Positions 1-10,207 of a DNA stretch of 64,000 nucleotides are shown here, in pieces. The DNA lies in contig BROI01000015.1 in the NCBI GenBank assembly GCA_027923505.1, forward strand, positions 310,001-374,000, in the 5' to 3' direction. Made by a program: the position numbers and the translations under genes. Numbering within the stretch: the first letter of the stretch is position 1; each line of letters begins with the position of its first letter. Source of the stretch: Mayamaea pseudoterrestris. Lineage: Eukaryota. A model generated the notes under the pieces. The model saw nothing but the letters and a program-made list of their open reading frames with translations, had not been told where the DNA came from and made no database searches.

Positions 1-328
1 GCAAATGCGTCCAACAATGGCGTCATTTATGATCCCGATTGTGCATTGATCCCACTCGGGCCTCAACTTCAATGCAAGAGCGAGTTTCACGTTCTTGCTG
101 TATTGATCAGCCAATAACATTGATTGACTAATAGGTTGCCTTCGCAACATTTCTGTAAACTACAAGCTCTTCGTTAAGCCTGGTATCGGAGAATTGGATT
201 TGTCTACAGCCCTTCGCAGTCGATATGTAAGACGGAAACTTATTGGTCCTTTCGGAGTCGGTCGATGAGATTAACGCACAAAAATCAACCGAAAGCACGA
301 GTAAGCATCCAGCGACAGCCACATCAAA

Positions 329-1087
329 ATGGGTTTATCATCAGTTCAAAACTCTCCTTCGAGATCCAAGCAGTTTGAATTTGGTGCAAGTCTGACCTCG
401 CTCACAAGCGCAAATAGCCCCATGCCAATCATGCCTCGGCAGACGGTGCAGGCGCCGGTGGAAATTATGGGTTTGGAGCTGTTTCTTGGAGAGGCCGAAG
501 ATGATAGTGATTGCGATCCAGACTCGGGCAGCGAGAGTTCGTCCGACTATGACTCGTACGCTCCAGATTCTGTCGACCTCATGAAGCGAGCGCGAGGAGT
601 CAGCAGTAGGAAGAAGGAGGAACGTGACGAAGAAATGAATAAAGTGATCAACTCTGCCACTCAAGAGCCTTTGACTCGCTCTCGAGTTTTGCGTCGCGAT
701 TCTATCGATGATGACAGCCTGTACTCTTCGTTTGCCAATGACTCGCTGGATCTCCACCATCAGCGAACCGCAACGCTTGCTCATGACGAGGACGACATTT
801 CGGACAGCAATAGCAGCGAGTATGAAGACGATTTGGAGGACAGTCTACACTATGGATTCAAGAATCATCGTCTTTCCAAAAGCGACAGTGCGGACGTGTC
901 GGTGCTCGATAAAGCTCCCCGACGCAACTCGGTGCAATCGGGCAGCGACTACCATCCTTCCAAGGCCATGTACGACGACAAGATGAAGCGACGATCGTCC
1001 ATGGACAATGGTAACATGGTTGTCTTTTCGCCAGATGTTATGATTACTCAACACATTAACAACGGCGGAGCCAACGCGGCGGCGTAA
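329..1087 (+). CDS. Hypothetical low-complexity Ser/Asp-rich protein (252 aa)
   Basis: ATG-to-TAA ORF followed by an AT-rich 3' region; no recognisable domain. Confidence 0.6.
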   Translation: MGLSSVQNSPSRSKQFEFGASLTSLTSANSPMPIMPRQTVQAPVEIMGLELFLGEAEDDSDCDPDSGSESSSDYDSYAPDSVDLMKRARGVSSRKKEERDEEMNKVINSATQEPLTRSRVLRRDSIDDDSLYSSFANDSLDLHHQRTATLAHDEDDISDSNSSEYEDDLEDSLHYGFKNHRLSKSDSADVSVLDKAPRRNSVQSGSDYHPSKAMYDDKMKRRSSMDNGNMVVFSPDVMITQHINNGGANAAA

Positions 1088-1374
1088 TTGAGAAGCAAGA
1101 AGCAACGAGACGAGAACAACGCACATATCAAATGATGGTTTGCACGATCGCACGATTGACATTTGACAGCATGGAAAGAAACAGCAGCAGCTGCAGCTAC
1201 CGGTACCTACTGGGGTGAGCGTATATAAGTTGATAGTGTTGATAGTCATGTCTAGTGTAATAAACTCCTTACTTTGTTTGTACTTGTAATTGATGTTTCT
1301 CTGCCATCGAAGGAAGAAGCAGCAACAGTTGCGCCGTCACATCCTCATTTTGGCGCTTCGGGCATATATATGGA

Positions 1375-1667
1375 TGACGCAGTTTTCACTGGCACTCGTT
1401 TCTTGTTATAGCCTCATGACGCTGTTTTCACTGGCACTCGTTTTATAGTATAGCCTTTTGGCGCAGTTTTCACTGGCACTCGTTTCGCAATATTGCCTCA
1501 TGACGCTGTTTTCACTGGCACTCGTTTCACAAAAAGATTGGTGACGTAGTTTTCACTGGCACTCGTTTCATACTATTGCCTTGTGACGTAGTTTTCACTG
1601 GCACTCGTTTCATACTATTGCCTTATGACGCAGTTTTCACTGGCACTCGTTTCATACTATTGCCTTT
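1375..1667 (+). repeat. 42-bp tandem array, 7 units: TGACGCAGTTTTCACTGGCACTCGTTTC + ~14-nt linker (consensus NNNNTATTGCCTNN)
   Basis: Read directly; units start at 1375, 1417, 1459, 1501, 1542, 1584 and 1626. Linker 4 is 13 nt and divergent (ACAAAAAGATTGG). Confidence 0.97.
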
Positions 1668-1797
1668 GCACTACGACAACGTGGGACGAGGTTTCTTCCA
1701 CGGACCATTAGCTTGGATAAAGCAAGCAACGAACGAATCTGGACGAGACAGTTGTCAATCTACAGAAATCAAAGTCGTACAGACGACGATTATAAAC

Positions 1798-4700
1798 ATG
1801 GAAGACGAAGAACAGCTAAAATTGCCTCACTTGGTCGCTCAGGAGAGTAGCTTTTCAGGAGCAAACAACAATGATCTTGTCCCGCTTCCAGAGGACGAAG
1901 CGCTCGAGCCACCTCCACTGACAGAGCGAATCTCTGTATGTCAGGAGTTTCTTCCTGAAGCGGCATCTAAAGAAACAATTTCATCGTCTTCGACGTTAAT
2001 TGCGAGACCATCCATGATGAACTTGAGAATGGAGTCGACCGATTTCAGTGTGCAGCAGTTGGATCAAGACGCTTACGAAAACTTGCAGTCGAGTGATTCG
2101 AAAACGTCATCGCCCGTTCCAACATCTCCAGTGGAACCTGCTTCAGTCAAGAAACCCATGCTCAATTTTAATGGCAGACCTCCAACAACTGTCACCACTG
2201 TCACTACTTCTCCGACTCGTGCGTCAAAGAATTCCGCAGTTTCCAATGGTTCGTCTGCAACAAATGTAGCAGCAACAGCAACGGCTCCGCCACTTCCACC
2301 AACCTCACGCCACAAGAAGAATCAATCAAGTAAGCAGCTTCCATTCATTCCGGCAGCCGCATCGACGGTAGACTCAGTCGATCGAATACGACTTGGTATT
2401 TGCGCCATGGATAAAAAAGCACGAAGCAAACCCATGGCGGAAATACTCAGTCGACTCGACGAGGACTTGTACCAGGTTGTTTTCTTTGGAGATAGTGTTA
2501 TAATTAATGAGCCTATCGAAAATTGGCCGGTCGTGGACGTTGTCATTGCCTTTTTTAGCAAGGGATATCCATTGAATAAGGCCAAGGAATATGTTGCGCT
2601 TCGCAAGCCATACTGCGTCAATGATTTGGAGAACCAGCGACTCCTTCAGGATCGTCGACGCGTATACGACTTGTTGCAAGCATCTGGTATAGATGTTCCG
2701 CGACATGCGTTTCTGTCGAGAGACGGGTACGTCTCTACTGGCGTTGGCGACGGCAATGGCAATCAAGACAAGGAAGTTCAAGAGTTTGACGATCACATCG
2801 AAGTTAACGGTCTCACTATTCATAAACCTTTTGTCGAGAAGCCAGTCGATGCCGAGGATCACAATATTGCCATTTACTATCCCACTAGTGCCGGTGGTGG
2901 ATGCAAAAAGTTATTTCGCAAGATTGGTAATCGTTCGTCAGAATTCTATCCTGGGATCAATGACGTGCGTCGGGATGGAAGCTTTATTTACGAAGAATTT
3001 GTTGAAACCCAAGGTACAGACGTGAAAATGTATACCGTCGGGCCAGAGTATGGGCACGCCGAGGCTCGTAAGTCGCCGACGGTGGACGGCAAGGTGGAAC
3101 GCAACTCTGATGGAAAGGAGGTGCGGTTTCCAGTAATTTTAACGTCGCGGGAAAAGGAGATTGCGCGACGAATTGTTCTGGTGTTTAAGCAGTTTGTTTG
3201 TGGCTTTGATATTCTTCGCGTGCAAGAGGGTCATTCAGTTGTATCATATGTTTGCGATGTGAATGGGTGGTCGTTTGTCAAGAATAGTCGGTACGTATGT
3301 TCAAATTTAAGTCTAAGTTGCCGTGCAATACAAGAGGCGACTAAATACGTTGTGTTATATTTGCTACCATTTCGACACAGGAAATACTATGATGACTGTA
3401 GCCAAATCCTTTCGGAGCACATTCTGGCGCTCGTCAAGCCGAATAAGTTGCAGTCATTTTCCACTTTGGACCCACTGGTCAAGACTTGGATAAGAAACGA
3501 TGATCTTCACGAAGATGACAAGCGAAACAACAATACGTTCCTTTCACGCGCGGCTCGCATGCTTCAGGGCGAGCCGACCGAGATTGACGATGAAGAGGAA
3601 GACGAGCGCACTGCGGACAATGCGTCAGTGACGTCAACGTCAAGGATAAAAGAGCTACCACCGATGCCCGACGGAGGGTCGCCTAATCGTACAGGCTCAA
3701 CGGATTTGCTCTTGAATGCGGCAGCGACGCTAATGGAAGGGGCTCTGCCCGTGAGAGATCTTCCGAATGAGCTCACTAGTCAGCCAGCCTCTCTGGCACA
3801 TTCCGATGCCGGTTCTCCGAACGAGGAAACGCCATCACGTCTCAGATCTTCGCAAATTTCCGGATATCACCAGGAAGAGCTTCGATGCGTCATTGCTGTC
3901 ATTCGTCACGGCGATCGTTCCCCGAAACAAAAGATCAAGGTCGACATGACGGAGCCGCATATTTTAAGATTCTTCCACGATAACTGTGTCGGCGATTGCC
4001 AGAAAGATGTCAAGGTCAAGGCGAAGACGCCATTGACTGAATTTTTACGAGTTGTCCGCACGACGCTTGACGAGTTGAAGCAGCGGTCATCAGATCAAGA
4101 CTTGACGTTGCGGCACCAACTGACCCACATGCGCGATATTCTCGAGCGGTGGAAGATTGTTGGCTTAAATCGAAAGCTTCAAATCAAACCGAAAAAATTT
4201 GAAGAGTATGAAGACGAAAATGGTCAAACGAAGAAGCGATGCACCAAAGTGCAGCTGATATTAAAATGGGGAGGTAATTTGACTAAATTGGGAGAGAAGC
4301 AGTCCATTAATCTGGGTAAGCGATTCAGGCATGAAATGTATCCGGACGCCCCTGGCGGTGGTATACTTCGCCTGCATTCTACGTTCCGTCACGATTTAAA
4401 GATCAAGACGAGTGATGAAGGCCGTGTGATGAAGACAGCAGCTGCATTTGCCAAGGGACTTCTAGAGTTGGAGGGGGATCTTCCTCCGATACTTGTGTCG
4501 TTGGTGCACAAGGAGAAGGGTAGCATGCACATGCTCGATCCATCTGGAAACAAGGAAGTCAAGATGGAGCTTGACGTATGCAAAGAAAAGATAACAGCTA
4601 ATTTGCAACGCGATATCGATGTAGCTACAGCGTCCGAGGAAGATTTAGTGCTGCTTGGCGGTCCGAAGGAGCTGACGTCGTTGCGAGGCGCGCTTAAGGA

Positions 4701-6327
4701 GGTTGGCAATCCGAGAAAGATGCTGGAAAAGATTCATCGCACGATGGGCGAACTTCTTGAGCAGCTGGACGAGATGCTTGGCGCCATGGGTAGTGGCGAT
4801 GAGACGCGAATTGAAGGTGGCGAAGGACTTCGTGGTAACAACGAGGAAGACGTTGCCCTCAGTGGCGTTAAGCTTTACAAAGGCGAGACTTTGCTGGAAC
4901 TGACGGAGCGGTGGCGATTTATATACGACAGACTTTATGATTCAGAGACTGATCGATTTGACCTCAGTCGTATCCCAGATGTACATGACAATGTGCGATT
5001 TGAGTAAGTCTTTTACGAGTAGAAGCTTAACAACTCACACAATACTAACGTTGTTTATACATTCTTTCACAGCGTCCTTCATAATCCTCACATTGGTCTC
5101 TCATCGACCCTGCACCAGCTGTATGAGCTTGCCAAGGACATGGCTGACTGTGTTGTTCCGCAGGAGTATGGAACAACTGAACTGGAGAAATCGAGCGTAG
5201 GGCTCAAGATTTGCCATAGCCTGCTTGAAAAAATCAAGTGAGTATACAGTCGCTTATAGATATAAAAGTCATGTGTTTGCAATCTAACAATTCCTAATCG
5301 CTGCAACAGATATGACATTGGTGTTGCCAGAACGGACAATAACACAGACATGCGATACCTGATCAACATGGACTATAGCTTTGATTTGAACATAAACACC
5401 ATGGGCCGCCGCATTCGCACACGGCTCTACTTTAGCAGCGAAAGTCACTTGCATACGATTTTAAATGTGCTTCGCTTTGCGAAAAAAGACGGTACGCGAT
5501 CTTTGCTGTCCGAAGAAGGTATCGCCAAGCTCAATGCAACACCGGAGCTTTGTTACTTAACGCAGTTTGTGATGCGGGTGTTTGAAGACAGTCGTCGAGA
5601 CATGAACGATCCGAAACGATTCCGAGTGGAGATGCTTTTCAGCCCTGGAGCGACCGCAACCCCATTCCACATGAATGAGATGGATCGTGAAGCGGATGCA
5701 TCTCGATTTGATACCGCTCCCTTTGAGAATATTGGGCGAGACGATCTCACTTGTCAGGACGTTGAAGAATTCTTTGACTTGGCGATTTTGGCAGGTCGAT
5801 CTGCTGATCACGCAGAGAATGAGAAGGTGAACGTCTCCATGTCCGTAGAAGAGCCCGTGAAACAGAAGAAAGCTATGCTACCGTCGTCTAGCCCTGCAAA
5901 GCGCATCTCTTCTACGCCTCCACCTGTGGTAGCTGCTACTGGGGTGGCGACGAAAACTATTGGAATACCTGGCAAAAAGAAATCGGCAACAGTAAATGCT
6001 ATAGAAGATGCTACCGCAGGCGATGTGGAAAATGTAGAACGAAGAAATAAAGCGGTCGCGGACATGGCTTATTCGGATGGCCAGCCGAGTGTCCCTGATT
6101 CAAAGGTAGCTACTGTGGACGAATCGATTTCGTCGCCAGAGAGTGACGCATCTCAGGATGCTAAAGCAGACGAAATCAAAACCAGCGACGACAATGCATC
6201 CAAGTTTGCGTCACGTAAGTATTTCTGGAGCTGCGTTGGAATTGGTTGCTTCGCCCTGGGTGTCGCTTGCCTTGGAACCGCACTACACATGAGCCATGGA
6301 TCGCGACGCCGCCGGCATTGGCGATAG
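1798..6327 (+). CDS. VIP1: Inositol hexakisphosphate/diphosphoinositol-pentakisphosphate kinase (VIP1/PPIP5K): ATP-grasp kinase plus histidine-phosphatase domain; introns ~3291-3380, 5004-5072, 5238-5309
   Basis: Motifs GICAMDKKARSKPM, KPFVEKPVDAEDHNIAIYYP, HAEARKSP, CDVNGWSFVK, RHGDRSPKQK, RTRLYFSSESH. Splicing at GT..AG restores KNSRKYYDDC, RFDVLHN and KIKYDIG. First in-frame ATG is at 1798. Confidence 0.95.
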
Positions 6328-6529
6328 AAAATGCGAGAATGCATATACCGTAGTTGTTTAGTTCCAATAATACAATAGCTGCTGATAGAATTATATTCTA
6401 CCATGGCAAGTAATGTTTATAATGAGCGATTGATTCGTTCGCCTGGCACTGAAAAGACATCACGTACGTCAGCTGACACTGATCTCGCATCCTTGCCATC
6501 AACAAGCTGCCAAAGATCCGATTTCTAGC

Positions 6530-8259
6530 ATGGCGTTCCATATTACAAGCCATAATAGAATGAGACTGATTCAACTGTGTGCTATTCTACTATGTTTTCT
6601 AGCTTATAGCGTCAAAATATGCGACTCGTTTCAATATACAGTCCGATCGCTTTCACAATTGTCCCACCGACGTCCTCCATGCTGTGAACCTGCCAGAAAT
6701 TGTTCCTTTCGGCTGCCCCGATACTCTCAACAACGCACCTTGCTCACCACAACGTCTCAAGATAACAATGAAGCCAGACTTTCTCCGATTCGTCGAGCTG
6801 TTAACAAGTTCAAGGCAAGACCAGGAACATACTTGCTCATTCCCTGCATTGCAGCCCTCGTCGGCTGGTTCACCAACTGGCTTGCCGTTCAAATGATATT
6901 CTATCCCATTCAGTTCCGAGGTATACCATTGTACATAAAACCAGAGACTCCGCTTGGTCTGATTGGATGGCAAGGTATCGTTCCATGCAAGACGCGACCC
7001 ATGACGATTGCCATGGTGAACATGGTCTCAACGCACTTGCTGACGGTCAAGGAAGCCTTTAGTCGACTCGATCCCAACAAAGTTGCCGAACTGCTTGCGC
7101 CTGAAGTGCCGACACTTGTTCAGGACATGGTGAACGACATTTTGCCCATGCGTTGGCTAAAAATCTTGCCCGGTCTGGATAACTTGAAGCAAGCCATCGT
7201 GCGACACTCAACGAAAGGATTTATTAAGGACTTGACCATTGGCATGCAGCAAAATATTGACTCTGTTTTTAATCTTCAAAACTGCGTCGTGAATCAAATG
7301 GTAAAGGATCGCAGCATGCTGGGTCAGCTGTTCACAAATTGCGGCAAGGCCGAGCTTGAGTTCTTAACAAATAGTGGTCTTTGGTTTGGTTTCGCCCTGG
7401 GCATCATTCAAATGGGAGTTGCGTTATTCTGGGAAAATCCATGGACGCTATCAGTAGGTGGTGGAATCGTTGGAAGTAAGTGATGGCCTGCCTGACAATT
7501 TTCTCGCCTTGAAACTATCAGATACACTGACATTTTTACTTTCCAGTGGCGACGAATTGGTTGGCACTCAAATGGATCTTTCAACCGGTCGATCCAACAA
7601 AGTTTGGACCCTTCATTTTACAAGGACAGTTTTTGAGACGACAAAAGGAGGTATCCGTGGAGTTTAGCAAGTTCTTTGCGTCAAAGATTCTGACTGCCGA
7701 CCGACTTTGGTCGTCCGTTCTTACCGATCCAGCGACGGCGCCAGCATTCGACAAGCTTTTCGAGTCGCACTTTCAAAAGTTCCTTCACAAAGTGACACGA
7801 GGCGTTCCACTTGGAATACGGTCGGAAACCTTGCGATTGGCAACGGCCAGAGCGGTCGGAAAACTGCCGAACTACCTGCCAATCATTTTTCCGTACATGG
7901 ATGAGACCTTGGGTTTGGAGCAAACGCTGCGGAAGCGCATGATAAAAATGACGAGCAAGCAATTTGAGCGCGTACTGCATCCTATTTTCGAGGAGGATGA
8001 GCTGACATTGATTTTAGCTGGAGCCGTCCTTGGCTTTGCAGCAGGCCTTGTGCAACAGGGACTTGAGACGGGTGCTATTTCAATGCCCAACGTATGGAAG
8101 CCGCTTCGGCAAAATGTCATTGCCTTTGTACAGTCACCACGACAACAAAGCAAAACAATTGTAGAGGGAACCTGCAAAAGAATAAGGAGGCCATTCCAAC
8201 GGTGGTTCGGCTCGCCTGGATTGGACGATCCAGATGGGACATCGAATGGAATAAACTAA
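6530..8259 (+). CDS. DUF445-family membrane protein, probably plastid-targeted; intron 7476-7546
   Basis: Two related segments GWFTNWLAVQMIFYP and MATNWLALKWIFQP, GWQGIVP, and FERVLHPIFEEDELTLILAGAVLG. Hydrophobic signal followed by 'DSF' and an Arg/Ser-rich transit-like stretch. Start may be Met at 6560. Confidence 0.85.
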
Positions 8260-8431
8260 TACAAACCAGCAGCTCTATCGCGCCGCTATTTAAACTAAAA
8301 GGCATTGTTAGCTTACGTGACTACCTTCTCAATTAGCTTACCGGTACGTAGCGGTGAGAATCATCGTCGTCGTCGTAATTCGTCGAAACGTCCATAACGA
8401 TGTACTAGTAAATGACGAATGCATGCTTTGC

Positions 8432-9895
8432 CTATCCAAACCACTTTGGCTTCTTCGTAGCTTTCTTGCTCGCATCATTGCTATTGCTGCTCGCCGCATC
8501 GCCCATTCTCGGCTTACCTCCCATCATGCGTTGCAACAATGCTTCCTCTCGAGAGACTATTGTAGTCTGTTTGCCATCCTTTGCATCCTTAGTCAATGCT
8601 ACACCTGCACCAGCACCTTCTGCGCTACTCGCGTCTGCAACAGCTTTCCCAACTGGAAAATCCATAGTTCGCACCACGAACAAGTGGGATCGAAGTTCGA
8701 GCACCGCAGAGCTGAACACCTTGGCCGCCGGCACCAAGCCTTCCTGCTCGAGCGTGAGGTTATCGTCTAATACTCGCCGTGGCGGCGTAAGAAACAAATC
8801 AAACAGTGGCAGTGATATCAACGGGGCAGTCCCGTCCATGGCAACATCTCCATCCACGTCAATTGCCGTCGATGATGCATTCGCATTAGCATCACCGAGT
8901 ATTAAACACTCCTTGATTAAACTCTCCTTGACTGCTCCCACTGTTTCAGACGGCAAGAATTTTCCAACCAACTTGATTCCATTTGGAAATTGTATTGTAA
9001 CGGTAGCTTGTTTGTAGACGCGCTGGCGCTCCAATGTTTTTAAATCGCGCATGGCCTTGGTTGAAAATTGCTCACGCTCCCTTGCCGCAACCATTTGCCG
9101 TTGCAGTCGCTGTGCAATCAAAGACGCGTCGGATCCAGTGGATGCAGAAGTATCGTTCCCAGAAATAAGCAAATCTTCTTGATTATTGTTGCTTGGGATG
9201 GGCATGGCTTGTCCAGAATGCAGCGCCATCCAATCGCGAGGCGGTGGTTGTTTGCGAGCAGCCTTTTCCAGCTCCTCCTTTTGTTGCTGTAGTTTCAACA
9301 GCTTGGCTTCCGTCGGTGAAATGTAATTCACGTCTGGTTTTGACGTCTCAAGTCCAGCGGCGTGCGCGTTGGCATCAAAGCGATGACCCGCGTATGGATT
9401 GAATGAAAAGTTGTGACCACCGGTACTAGCTGCTGCTGATTGCGAACCATTGAGTGTGGCATGCGTAATCGTTGGAGGCGCAATCAAGGGAGGCAATTGA
9501 TTCGGATCAATGTGCAAATCTCGAATGGCTCGAGTTTGTAAGAGTCGACGTGCCGTGAGTAAATGGTTGGTGCTTTCATTGACCAGAACAAGTCGTTCCT
9601 CGCCAACGCGACTAAGCAACGGCGGATCCGACATGACTTGGAATCCGCAAGCGAGAAGAAAATCGACGCCTCCTCGTCTAGCGATGATTTTCTGCTGAAT
9701 GAATTTATTCTCCATCTTGAGCGTCCGAACCTTGTCATCGGCTGGCTTGGAAATGATATTGTCAAGAATCGTGATGAAGGTATTCAATGTGGACTTGCTA
9801 TCAGCATCAAAATTGTTCGAAAGGAGAATGTCAAGGGCAGCGTCCAATGCCGCGACAGATAGTGATGAAGGAGCATCAAACACCGTAGAAGTCAT
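8432..9895 (-). CDS. PUB + UBX domain p97/Cdc48 cofactor (UBXN6/PUX2-like)
   Basis: PUB: ILDNIISKPADDKVRTLKMENKFIQQKI...GGVDFLLACGF. UBX: YKQATVTIQFPNG...GKFLPSETV...LFLTPP...LEQEGLVPAA. Confidence 0.88.
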   Translation of the reverse strand: MTSTVFDAPSSLSVAALDAALDILLSNNFDADSKSTLNTFITILDNIISKPADDKVRTLKMENKFIQQKIIARRGGVDFLLACGFQVMSDPPLLSRVGEERLVLVNESTNHLLTARRLLQTRAIRDLHIDPNQLPPLIAPPTITHATLNGSQSAAASTGGHNFSFNPYAGHRFDANAHAAGLETSKPDVNYISPTEAKLLKLQQQKEELEKAARKQPPPRDWMALHSGQAMPIPSNNNQEDLLISGNDTSASTGSDASLIAQRLQRQMVAAREREQFSTKAMRDLKTLERQRVYKQATVTIQFPNGIKLVGKFLPSETVGAVKESLIKECLILGDANANASSTAIDVDGDVAMDGTAPLISLPLFDLFLTPPRRVLDDNLTLEQEGLVPAAKVFSSAVLELRSHLFVVRTMDFPVGKAVADASSAEGAGAGVALTKDAKDGKQTTIVSREEALLQRMMGGKPRMGDAASSNSNDASKKATKKPKWFG

Positions 9896-10207
9896 ACTGG
9901 AGTGTAACTTTGAAGTGTGAGTTTATGTGCTTGATTGTTTTGATACTGTAGTTGAAAGTAAAGGAAGCGTAACGATTATACACGAGCCGCGGCACCATGG
10001 TCGAGTCGCATTCAGACGCGCGCATGAAAACTAGTTACGGGAGTGAAAACGGGCTCAGTACCCGTCGTTGGCGCATCGCCATGGATGCAGCAGCGACACA
10101 ATGATGAAAAAAGCCGCAGCAGGAGCACGCAAGCAACTTGTTTCATCTTGCAGCTACTATTTAAAGTATCATCTAGCATTTATTCTATAGGGTTCGAGTG
10201 AATTATC

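Noticed and set aside
1375..1667. CRISPR array interpretation of the 28-nt repeat plus linker pattern
   Set aside because: Linkers are only 13-14 nt and mostly related to each other (TATTGCCT), there are no cas genes, and the context is eukaryotic and intron-containing.
1576..1797. N-terminal extension of VIP1 encoded by the repeat (DAVFTGTRFILLP)
   Set aside because: Starts at TTG; units 1-2 have TAG in that reading and unit 4 shifts frame; the other array carries a 1-nt deletion. The repeat is not maintained as coding.
8354..9017. Antisense ORFs overlapping real genes (e.g. 8412-9017, 14384-14950, 31624-32280)
   Set aside because: Shadow ORFs on the opposite strand of well-supported CDSs, with no domain signal.
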